Shown one piece after another: positions 1 to 10,589 of a stretch of DNA of 64,000 bases. Each line of letters opens with the position of its first letter. Within the stretch, counting starts at the first letter, position 1. Source of the stretch: Octopus sinensis (Eukaryota); NCBI RefSeq assembly GCF_006345805.1, contig NW_021833262.1, positions 1-64,000 of the forward strand, written 5' to 3'. Under the pieces are notes generated by a model. That model saw only the letters and a list, made by a program, of their open reading frames with translations, ran no database searches and had not been told where the DNA came from. Position numbers and translations under genes: made by a program.

Positions 1-193
1 ATATGGCAACGCTCAGGAGGCACTTAATGCCTTCCGAAAAAGGACTCTTAGCTTCTCAGACCCTGGGACATCGTCGTCTCAGGCCGATCTTGCGGGAAGG
101 ATTGAACCTTTCAGAAGGATCTCCCTCGTTTGGATCGGCGATCACGGGATTAACTGGCTTGCCCGTATTGGTCTTTAAATAATAATAATAATA
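1..193 (+). mobile_element. 3' end of a non-LTR retrotransposon with (TAA)n tail (runs off window start)
   Basis: Open frame YGNAQEALNAFRKR...DHGINWLARIGL* ends just before a (TAA)n tract. A closely similar copy lies at ~38640-38820 and a weaker one at ~42260-42365. Confidence 0.6.
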
Positions 194-354
194 ATCTAAA
201 GCAGGGGTGTCAAACTCGTTTCGCTTTGAGGGCCGCATTTTGTAACAATTTCGCTTCGAGGGCCGCATTTATAATAATTTCTCATTATCAGTTAGTCCTG
301 TTCTTTAAGAAGTTTTTGTCATTTTCATAGATGAAAAAGCTGTTCACACACATA

Positions 355-1694
355 TTACAAACCAAACATAGCAATGATTTTTGTTGCAAACTTTTTAAAG
401 TTTTTAAACTTTCCAGGAAGATATGAAAAGAAAGCAGGTATTCCAACCTCCAAATATTTAGCTTTAAGTATAGAATCTGATTGGATTTCCAATAGTTCCA
501 TTTGTAAACTTTCATCTGCATTGGAAACATTAAAAGAAAATGGTGATGCGAATAATGAAAATTGTTGTTCAAAAAACGAAAAATCGTTAAATCTTTCTTG
601 AAATTCCTTTAACAACGATTCTAGTTGTCTTTCATACTGAGAAAAATTCATTACATTATGTGCATCAACAGTACTCCTGAGCTCTTTGCACGTAGGAAAA
701 TGAGATAAATCTTCATTTAATAGCTGAAACTTCCATAATTTGATTTTCGAAATAAAACACTTGATATGATCTGACAACTGAGTTATGAGCTTGTCTTTGC
801 CCTGCAATTATAAATTAAGGTCGTTCATATGTGTGGTAATATCCACTGCCAAATCTTTGATCCAAGATTGACTTTTCATTTCGTCTGTGTTTTGCCCTTT
901 CATCTCCATAAATAAAATTATTTCCAATATCAACAAATAAAATTTTGCACAGCTCGCAATTTAGCGGCAACCCCAGCATGTCGTCCAACCATATTCGGAG
1001 CACCATCAGTGCATAAACATACAAGCTTCTTCAAATCAAACCCATATTCAAAGAAAATTTGTAGTAGTTTTACAAAGATATCTTTACTTGTAGTAGTATC
1101 GTGCATTAGTACCAGTTCGAGAAATTCTTCATAAATATTAAAATCTGAATCACAGGCTCTAAAAAAGATTGCTAATTGTGCAATTCCAACGACGTCGACT
1201 GTTTCATCGATTGCAATTGAAAAATATTCGAATTTTAACAAATCAGACTTTAATTGGTGTTTCAAATTCAATGCCATTTCATTAATGTGTTCAGCAAATC
1301 ACCATCACAATATGATTTTCCATTTACTGCAAGCATTCTGCTGATTTCATAGCTTGCAGTGACTAATGCAGTACTTCGATTATGATTTTTGTGAAATGAG
1401 TTTGTAACGCAGATAAATTTTTTGCAATTCATTTAGCTTTGAAACACGCATTGGACCTTCTTGGTTAATAAGCAACTTAATACCTTCGAAATAATTGTAT
1501 GATAGATGATTAGATTGATAATGCCTCTTTAGGTTGTATTCTTTCGGTATAGCGATAAACTTGTTACATATCAAACAATGTATTTTTCCATCAACCATTG
1601 TGCAAAAATAGAGAAGTTCCGATTTATCTTGAAACACTCTCCGTTCATCTTTCAAGGAGCGTTTCTTTTTTATTCCAGAAGAACCACGTGACAT
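355..1694 (-). pseudogene. SPIN/GTF2IRD2-like hAT transposase, frameshifted and internally deleted
   Basis: Motifs RRVFQDK..CLIC..KEYNLKRHY, SIAIDETVD, CTDGAPNMVG and QGKDKLI..FQERF.DF in separate ORF fragments. Putative 27-nt intron at 1457-1483. Confidence 0.9.
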
Positions 1695-1975
1695 TAACAA
1701 ACACGATTTAAAAATACAATTAAAAATTTTAATTAAATGTAAAAAAATAAAAAATAATTTTTTGCATTGTATAGCCCAGCGGTTCTCAACCTTTTTTAGA
1801 CTGGGGACCACTTTTGCACTATAAAATTTTGTGGGGACCACCTTAAATAAAATAAACATTTTTTGGTATTAGCGCACAATTTTTGGCCTCGTCAGGGCCA
1901 GGTTTAGACATGTTCGAATATTTATTATAAAAATAACATGAACATTATCAAAATAACAGAAAATTTAATAGTAAT

Positions 1976-3836
1976 TTAGTGAGATTTCTGATCTTGTTTG
2001 CTCAGAATAATTTTACTTATATCAGGCTCTATGTTCGACAAAGCTACTCGCATATCATCTTGTACCCGTAGTCTATTTCTATATTTTGTTTTTAGAAAAG
2101 TCAGACACGACATCGCCATTTCACAGTGATAAGTAGTGGGGAATGCAAGTATTGATTCCAATGCAGTTTTACTCAAAATGGGGAATTCTTTCGCCATCTG
2201 ACACCTAACAATAAAAAGTAATTATTAATGAGAATACCAAAAATCTAATAATGAAGTACATTTGAAAATAATCTGAGCAGACTGATTACATTGAAGTTCA
2301 ATCAAGCTCTGCTGAAAATTGAGTTCCTGATATTCTTTAAATGAGGTCAAGAAAGGTTAACGATCCAGTTTGGAATTGGGTCTTCAACAGGAAAATAATC
2401 ATCAAATTTTGTCTTGAGATTTTCCAGATGTTTGATTATCAGACTTAGAAGAACATTATCCGGTGGGTTGTGTCCGAGATGATATTCAAGCATTGGGAAC
2501 ATTGATGTTATTCCTTTTTTTATTTTCATTATCCACAATAATAACTTTTTTTAAAAGCCATTATTATTTGATTGACCTCGACAATTGATATATAAAGACC
2601 TTTAAATAAATTAATAAAAATTTTACCCTGCATTGACAAATTAAACTCATTTAAAATGTTTAAAAAATCGGCAAGATAATACATTTTCGATTTAAAAGTA
2701 AAATCATCAAATTGATCGGCCCAATCATGCTGCATATTATCACGCAAAAACAAAGAGATCGCAGGGGAAAGTTCACAAATTCTCGAAAGGATTTTCCCTC
2801 TTGAAAGCCACCTAATTTCAGAATGATAAAGTAGTATAGAATGATCACTTCCTAACTCTTCACAAAGAGTTTGGAAAATTCGATGATTAAGTGGTCGAGA
2901 TCGAATATAGTTTATCACTTTTACAATGGTGTTTAGTGTTTCTCTTAACGACGAACACATAGTTTTTGAACAAAGTGCATATTTGTGCAATGCACAATGT
3001 CTTGTAACAATATCAGGAACCAAATCCTTAATACGAGTAACAAGTCCAGATTGATGACCAATCATCACAGGTGCACCATCAGTACATATAGATCCAACTT
3101 TATCCCATTGGATTTTATTCGTCTTCATAAAATTGTCAAAAATATTAAAGATGTCCTCTCCACGAGTGTGTCCATCCATCTCCAAACAAAATAAAAACTC
3201 ATCAATAATATTCTCATCATCAACAAAGCGAACATAGGACACAAGCTGACAGACGTTAGAAATGTCAGTTGACTCGTCCAATTGAATACTTATTCTGCAT
3301 TTACTTTTATTGATTCTTTCAATTAATTGCTTCAGGATATCAGATGACAATTCTGAAATTCTACGGGAAACTGAATCATTGGATAATGGTATGTCCTTAA
3401 GTTTGGTAACTGCATCCGGACCAAACAAAATTCGAGCCATTTCAAGAGCCGCTGGTTTGATTAACTTTTCACCAGAATTATGTGCAGCTTTGTTTTTTGC
3501 GATAATCATTGAGACCTATTTGTTTTGGATATAAATTAAAATTACAGCATATGATGCTTCTAATCTCGGTTTATCTTGAGATTTATTAAACCACTCAAGC
3601 TTTGGCTGTGAATCAAACTTCGTTCTTTTGACTTTAAAATATTCATGTGAGGAAGAATTTTCTAGGTGTACAGACTCTTTGTGGCGCCTAAGTTGAAAAG
3701 ATTTCAGTGAATTGTTTCCCAAAATTTTATGGCAAATCATGCATTTTGCCTTTATTTCATTATTTGGGACAATGAATTTAGTAAATCCAAATTGTACGTA
3801 AGAATCCGACCAAAGACGACGATTCTTGTTAACCAT
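1976..3836 (-). pseudogene. ZBED5/Buster-like transposase with three micro-introns and at least one frameshift
   Basis: BED-like CMIC..LRRH, IQLDESTD, CTDGAPVM, HCALH, RWLSRG and TTYHCE motifs. GT-AG introns at 3516-3545, 2600-2626 and 2205-2237 restore family-like sequence. Confidence 0.9.
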
Positions 3837-3869
3837 AACTAGAATGATAAACCACGCTAATCAAATCAG

Positions 3870-4122
3870 ATTAATTTCAATGTTTTTGATTTATACTTAA
3901 TTGTACAATTAGTTTGAAATTTAATATATTGTTATTTTTCGAAAATTCCAGGGGACCACTAAAAATTTTCTGGGGACCACGATTGAGAACCGCTTGATTA
4001 ATTTCAATGTTTTTGATTTATACTTAATTGTACAATTAGTTTTAACTTTAATATATTTTTATTTTTCGAAAATTCCTGGGGACCACTAAAAATTTTCTGG
4101 GGACCACGGTTGAGAACCGCTG
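3870..4122. repeat. Tandem duplication (~126 bp x2) of the inner hAT terminus including the TIR
   Basis: 3870-3996 and 3997-4122 are near-identical. The first copy ends GATTGAGAACCGCTTG, the second GGTTGAGAACCGCTG. Confidence 0.9.
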
Positions 4123-4758
4123 GTATAGCCATTAAATCAGACCGCACTTATGTTTGGCAAAGTACGCTGAGGGCCGCACCTATGTCTTTCGAGGGCCACA
4201 TATTTGACACCCCTGATCTAAAGCAAATCTAATTATAGAGAAATTTTTGCTTTAGGGCATTAAATAAATTTTTCAAGGAAATAATAAAATTTAATTAATT
4301 TCTTTTTTGACTCTCAGGGACAAATAATTCATTTGATTATGATTTGGGATGGAGTCGTCATGAAGTTCTCCGAAAATTATATTGATAACTTATCTATTGG
4401 AGAAGCAAAGAGGACGCACATCCAATCAGTTACGCTGAAAATGACTCTTAAGAGTATGCTAATTGAGCAAAAATGGGATGAAGGTATCTGATAAAGAGTA
4501 TGATTCTATTTCTGATCGGTTTGTTGAGATATCATGTAGTGGTAGAGACGACCCAATGATTTCTGAAGAAGACACATTGATAAAATAAGATGTGATGATT
4601 TTGAGTAAAAGGCAATGTGAGATAAGCTCTTCTTCTAAAAAAAGAGAGTGGATACTAACGACTTGGAGTGCAGGTACACTTAATCAGATTTAAAAATATT
4701 TTTCATAAAATAAAGAATACTTTAGAAAATTAGTTATTCGGGCTTTAATATAGAAGGT

Positions 4759-4833
4759 TCAAGCATTGATGTTGACCCTCCAAACATTAGTGTTGACGCT
4801 TCAAGCATTAGGTTAAAGCTTCAAAAATTAGCG
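4759..4833. repeat. Degenerate 21-bp tandem repeat, ~3.5 units
   Basis: Units TCAAGCATTGATGTTGACCCT / CCAAACATTAGTGTTGACGCT / TCAAGCATTAGGTTAAAGCT. Confidence 0.6.
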
Positions 4834-5701
4834 TTTTTTAGGAAATCAAAACATTTTTACTAAATCAAAGTAGCTATTTATTAGTTGTTACTTTCTTCTC
4901 GGCAAGGGAAATATATCTGAGCATTTTAAGTTAAAAAGATTCATGATTATTAATAGTGATTTAATTCATTTTTCAGTAATGACATTTTTTAACTCTAATT
5001 TAATGTTGACATTGACAGAAATAACAAGATGCTTTCATACAGAAAATATACTTTCTATGGATTCAAGAAAGAAGAATATACTGGTAAATATTCGGAATGA
5101 CTTTAGTTAATCTCTTAATTATAAATAATTTATTTGAAATATCATAATTTTAACTGCAACTTTTTTAAAGTTTTATTAGACATTGAATATGAAATTGAGT
5201 TGTTTAAAATTGGTAATAACTTGAGTTCTACCAGTCTTCTACAGTCTTTGTAGAAGAAATCTTTGTAGGGTTGTTTTTTTCTCTTTGTAAAGTTTTGTTT
5301 TTCAACTTTGGAATCTTTGTAGGCAGTATATTGAAATTCCTGTTAAATTAGATTATTGTTTCTAACAATTTATTTAATTTGTCCTATTTTGAATTTATTA
5401 ATAATTTATTATTAAAGCCAAACAAGACTGATTATTGTTAGTAAATTTATTTAAGCATTCTAAAACTTAATAATCATCCCAATCTACCAGTAATTTTTTG
5501 TCAATTGAATCGACATCAGTTAGAAGCTCCCTCTTTTTCTTCTAAATTACATATTAATTAACTAATACTTATATCTTCTGGCGACTTTTACTGCTGAACA
5601 AATAATGGATAGTGTTATTAATGTGCTTCCGGTAAAAAATAATGAAGTATAGATTATATGACGATGTTCAAAAAACTAAAATAAACTCTAAACATATAAA
5701 A

Positions 5702-6352
5702 TCAAACCCAGAGGCCGAATTTGTCGCTGAAAGATAAGTTTTCACCTATAGATTTTATTTTCTTCGTAGATTTGTGAAAATATGGATAATCAGAGGCATA
5801 ATTTTTTTGTATATCCGGATGACGAGAAGTATAATATTCATTCATGTTCAGGTCATTAGAATTAAAATATTCATCCATATTCAACTCATTGGAGTTATAA
5901 TATTCATTCATATTCAGGTCATTAGAGTTATAAAATTCATCCATATTCAACTTATTGGAGTCATAACATTCATCCATATTCAGCTCATTGGAGTCATAAT
6001 ATTCATCTATATTTAGCTCATCTAAGTCAGAATATTCATCCATATTCAGGTCATCGGAGTTATAACATTCATCCATATTCAGCTCATTGGAGTCATAATA
6101 TTCATCTATATTTAGCTCATCTAAGTTAGAATATTCATCCATATTCAGGTCATCGGAGTTATAACATTCAAACATATTCAGGTCATCGGAGTAATAACAT
6201 TCATCCATATTCAGCTCATTGGAGTCAGAAAATTCACAGAGCTCCGGTATATGTGGAGTTTCGAAATCGTAAGATATTTCATTAAACTGTTCTTCATGCA
6301 CTTTATTATCTTTTGTGGATTTAAATTTTGTTTTTTCTTTTAAATAGGTCAA
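5702..6352 (-). CDS. Exon of an orphan acidic protein with 11-aa Asn/Asp/Glu/Tyr repeats; probably part of a larger multi-exon gene
   Basis: 216-codon open frame with repeats of the type NSDDLNMDEYS / DSNELNMDECY. Coding-like segments on the same strand flank it. No homology recognised. Confidence 0.55.
   Translation of the reverse strand: MTYLKEKTKFKSTKDNKVHEEQFNEISYDFETPHIPELCEFSDSNELNMDECYYSDDLNMFECYNSDDLNMDEYSNLDELNIDEYYDSNELNMDECYNSDDLNMDEYSDLDELNIDEYYDSNELNMDECYDSNKLNMDEFYNSNDLNMNEYYNSNELNMDEYFNSNDLNMNEYYTSRHPDIQKNYASDYPYFHKSTKKIKSIGENLSFSDKFGLWV
5831..6226. repeat. 33-bp tandem repeat x12 with a 99-bp higher-order duplication
   Basis: Consensus ATAA(C/T)ATTCATCCATATTCAG(C/G)TCAT(T/C)GGAGT(C/T). 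Units 5-7 nearly equal units 8-10. No spacers. Confidence 0.95.
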
Positions 6353-6849
6353 CTAATGAGGCCAATACCGATTTGATCTAATTTTGCAATTTCAGCTATT
6401 GCTTGATCAATGGTTAGTTCAAATTCACTTATGTCTGAATCATAATACTAATATTTTATCAATTATTTATTAAACTTTTGGAATGATTTGGGTTTTCAGT
6501 GTTTTCAAGAAATCCAAAGCTGAAGATAGTTCTAGGGTATATGTCAAAGTTTTTCCCCCGTTTTTAAGATCGATGTCGACGTCCCTTGTACGTGCAAGAA
6601 AAAACAAAATTGAAAAAATCTAGGTGTTAGAAAAAGTGAAACACCAAGAAAATCATTGTATTAATTATTCACGATTGATCTATATTTTATTTCTTTTTAG
6701 AATTTAAGGTTATATTATTTTAAAAAATTTTACATAATTATTAAAAAATTAAAATATAATAATTTAATTGTTGTTTTCATTCACAATATAAATTAAGATA
6801 AAAAGATTGGATATTTTATTTTGATGAAACATAAAAAGTTAATAAATTG

Positions 6850-7100
6850 ATACTTTTTCATCTGCTAGCAGCAATTACAAACTTGTTGTTTGCACGACTT
6901 ATACTTAACAGAATACACGAAAAACTTAAATGTACTGCCCACCGTGATACGGTAAGACAAAGGCTTTCCACTAATCGACGATATTGTACAACTCTGAGAA
7001 ATTGCATTGTATCGACGAAAATCAAAACGGTGTATTATATTTATATAGTTCTATGTAAATTTCATTTGTGTTCAAAAGCTTCTTTGACTGGCAATTGACA
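6850..7100 (+). mobile_element. Degenerate RTE-like LINE reverse transcriptase fragment
   Basis: LLFARLILNRIHEKL resembles the RT domain 1-2 region of RTE-type LINEs. Confidence 0.5.
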
Positions 7101-7689
7101 CATTTTTGACAATTTCATCACCCTCTGTAGTCGTAATATTATAAAAGAGCTTTCCTCTTTGCTCAAAAAACTATCAATTTCCACATATGATTTATTGTAC
7201 ATTTCGAATAAAAAAATTTTTCAATTCATTTTCTTTGATGCAGAAGAATCTTTTGCTTATTGTTTTCGGATCAATTATTGGTTCGTCTAACTTTGCGTGG
7301 TAACCTCATTGTACGATGACATTAATTATTAAAGATAAGCTCTCGATTCGATGGCAAAAAACTTATTGTGCCCAGTTTTTTAAACCTGGAATCTACCATC
7401 CGCTGAGTTCATTTTGATTGCAAAGATTGTATAAAACAATACAAAATCCAGTATTCGGAAATATCTGTTTTAGTAGTCACTAGAAAGTGAATAAGTTTTC
7501 CCTTGAATTTGATAAAACTGCCGCATGCTCAACAAGTCAAGTATTAGTTTCCTGACATGAATGTTCATACCGTTGCAAGTGAATGTATAAAGCTGAAAGT
7601 ATGGGAGTAATGTTTTTTTGAAATGAAGAATGAAATCTGGATTTTAGGCTCAAAAAGGAATTCTTTTTAAAGTAAAAGGATGTTGATAA

Positions 7690-7850
7690 AAGGATAAGGA
7701 AGCTGTCACCACCTATTGGGATTCAGGATCAATCTCTGCTTCTTGCTACCTGATTGCAGCCGGCTTCCTACATGCTAGAGAAGCCGGGGTAACTAATTAA
7801 CTAACTATGACCGCCTTTACTAATAGGGCTTTGTATCAATTATTTTTTTA
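7690..7850 (+). mobile_element. LINE 3' end remnant with hairpin
   Basis: AGAGAAGCCGGG followed by TAATTA is shared with the LINE tail at ~24620. Stem CCGGCTTC/GAAGCCGG. Confidence 0.4.
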
Positions 7851-7877
7851 TTTGTTAATGTATTTGTTTATATAGCA

Positions 7878-8026
7878 CAGCGGTTCTCAAACTTTTTAAC
7901 ACTAAAAACCACTTTTACACAATAAAATTTTATCACCTTTTTTTAATTAGCTTTAATTTTTTATAATTATTTGAAATTCCTGACGACAACATTAAATTTT
8001 CTAGGGACTACGGTTGAAAACCACTG
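7878..8026. mobile_element. MITE derived from the inner Buster element
   Basis: Ends CAGCGGTTCTCAA and GGTTGAAAACCACTG, with subterminal sequence matching 1777-1850 and 4060-4122. TSD degenerate (ATATAGCA / ACTTAACA, central TA). Confidence 0.8.
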
Positions 8027-8219
8027 ACTTAACAAGAATTTTACAATGCTTATTTTTTATTCAATTTCTTATCTTTTAACTGCTTCCATGATAGTTCTTT
8101 TGTTTTTTAATGACTTTTTTAGCTAGTCTTTCTCAAATTCTCGTGTCGATGAATTGTTGATTTTTATATTTAAGTCATATCCTCAAAATGAAGCATTCTA
8201 AATTGTGAACCTCGCAAAG

Positions 8220-9731
8220 TTATTTATCAAAAATGTTGTTTGCGCCAAGCCTTCTGATGTCATGGGTAGATTTATAATCATGGAATACCTGGGACTTATT
8301 TGACATAATTTTATTCGATGTGAAGTCCGGAATATTTAAAATTAGTGATACTATTGAAGATATCTCTGAATCAATATATCTATTTGAGAGGTGATAATTG
8401 TATACTAACATTACAAACAATTTTCTAACCAAGTAAATTTATTTTATTATTTGAAGTTATTATTAAAATATTTTAATTTATACTATCAAGTTTATTCAGA
8501 ATTTCTTTATAATATATTTCATGAATTTTATGATTTCTATCTGTCTCCGCTTGGAGAGAAACAATCATTTCATTAATTTTTCCAATGTCCGATAGCGAAT
8601 AACTTTCTTCAAATAATATTCTTTGACAATGCTTGATTCCCCTCATTCTCTTTTTAGCCTTAATTAACATTCTCTGTTGTCGGATAAGCTGAGCTCGATC
8701 TCTATAAGAACTTTTATTTAAAATTCTCTTACTACACTAAAGAGAATGACCAGGTATGCTACCTCATATATTTGATGACTGGCTTTCGATACATTGACGC
8801 ACTCTTCTTCGATTTTTTTGGAGTTTTCTAATTTTAAAAAGTCTTCATAAACATTTCTTTCGGCTTTGGTAAACCTCAAATTTGGAATCACGACGGCAAT
8901 CAAAAGAGCAGTACAAAAAGCTCCAAATATTCCAGTGAGTACAGCAGTGGTTCGTCCGCAAAAAGATATGGGGACAATATCTCCGTACCCCACAGACATA
9001 TAAGTTATAGCCACAAGCCACATTGAGTTAGCAAAAGATCCGTGGATCTCATCAACTGATATTTCACAGGCTCTAAGGGACCAAGAAGAGATCAGAAATC
9101 CTGTAGCTATCATTACTATCAACATTCTGATTGGATATTGATAAAGAAGTGATTTAACGATAAACGTGGAGTTAAGGTCAATGTGCCCTAACATACCAAC
9201 AACGTGTGGAGAGAAATTAGTATAATATCGAGAATTGAGCTTAAATACTCTGAGGACAAGATATAGTCTGTTAAACATGAGGATAGTCAGCAGAGAATTG
9301 AGATGGAAGTAAGCAACGGTCATGTCGGGGAATGATAGCATCGCATTTATCGGAAATTTTTTGTCAAAAATTTGTACGGGGTGTATTAGACATACAAATA
9401 CTTCAAGAAATATTAAAAATATGTCCTTTAAATTGATGTAGGCAATAAAGGAAATTGATTCATCCCATAGGAGCCTTGATTTTATTTTATAATAATGATA
9501 AAACAAGATTAATAACACCAAAATTGAAGTTGAAAGAGATAAGAAGACTGAAAGCATCATTGGAAATGAAGAATTCGGTTTATAGTAATTTTTAAATCTC
9601 AATTCTTGGTCCATTATTCCGACTCCAAGGCCTGTTAGTGCTGTTAGTAATGCTACATTTGTAAGGATTTGTTTCTTTTTTAGATAATACATTCTCATTG
9701 ACAGTAGGCACACTGATGCTTTTTCTGGCAT
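8220..9731 (-). CDS. KCNN: Small-conductance Ca2+-activated K+ channel (SK/KCNN family), multi-exon
   Basis: LEVFVCLIHP, MFNRLYLVLR, SWSLRACE, WLVAITYMSVGYGDIVP pore and a C-terminal CaMBD-like helix (QQRMLIKAKKRMR). Start and last exon approximate. Confidence 0.9.
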
Positions 9732-10589
9732 CCTGGCTACGTCTTAAAAACACATTTTTCCCAGATGTTGCTTTGTCTGCCAGTTTATTATTAAAAATAA
9801 TAATTATAATTATTTCAAAAATATAGAAAAAAAACCAATTTCGTTTATTACTCTTTGAGAAGAACAAATTTTTGTCCTAGTAAGTGGTTTTGACAAGTGG
9901 AAGTTATTTATACACTTAAGAGTCTTAAGTGTCATAAATTAAGACAATAAGAGAAATTTAGTACATCAGGATAGAATTCCTTCGAGTTTTTTAAAGAACA
10001 GAATTTAGATTCTTCTAATTGATATTGGCCAGCAAACTCGGGTTTTGGTTTATGTCCAATTTTGTGGCGGAGATAACACGTAAATCATTGGATAAGAAAA
10101 ATCAAATGCATCGAAACAAAATACATTTAATTTCAGCTGCAGAATCAGGTGGGGATTGAAAAAACGAAAATTGAATTCAATATCTCGAGAAAAATAGCAT
10201 TTCGTGGATATGGGACGGAATCAAACTTGACACGAGAGTTAGAAATTATAGAAAAAGTTTAATAAAGAACTATAGAATGTAGTATTTTTATATCATGCAT
10301 CAAAGACGATAATACAATTACATTTCATGGAATACAACAAAAATTTGACTTACATTTTTCACAATTATCAAAATCAAAAGTATTGCTTGACATCTCGATC
10401 TAAGTTTGTATACATTAAAGAAATTAAAATTTGCACCTGAAAATCGAAAGGAATTAACAAAATCAAGAGAAAATAATTTGTTGAGAAATATTTAAAATTT
10501 CAATTAGAAAACAGATCAATTTGGTTTATGGATTATTTTAAAAAGACCAGATTTGTCATTAGATGAAAATTTTTTAAGGTAAGCACGGA

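Larger units (their letters stand above)
1777..4122 (-). mobile_element. hAT (Buster/ZBED5-like) DNA transposon nested in the outer hAT
   Basis: TIRs CAGCGGTTCTCAACC / GGTTGAGAACCGCTG. Perfect 8-bp TSD GTATAGCC at 1769-1776 and 4123-4130. Confidence 0.95.
202..4215 (-). mobile_element. hAT (Buster group, SPIN/GTF2IRD2-like) DNA transposon, outer element of a nest
   Basis: TIRs CAGGGGTGTCAAA / TTTGACACCCCTG. Perfect 8-bp TSD ATCTAAAG at 194-201 and 4216-4223 (central TA). Subterminal GAGGGCCGCA repeats at both ends. Confidence 0.95.

Noticed and set aside
5831-6226. 33-bp repeats as a CRISPR array
   Set aside because: Units are contiguous with no unique spacers, lie in an open frame, and the context is eukaryotic with no cas genes.
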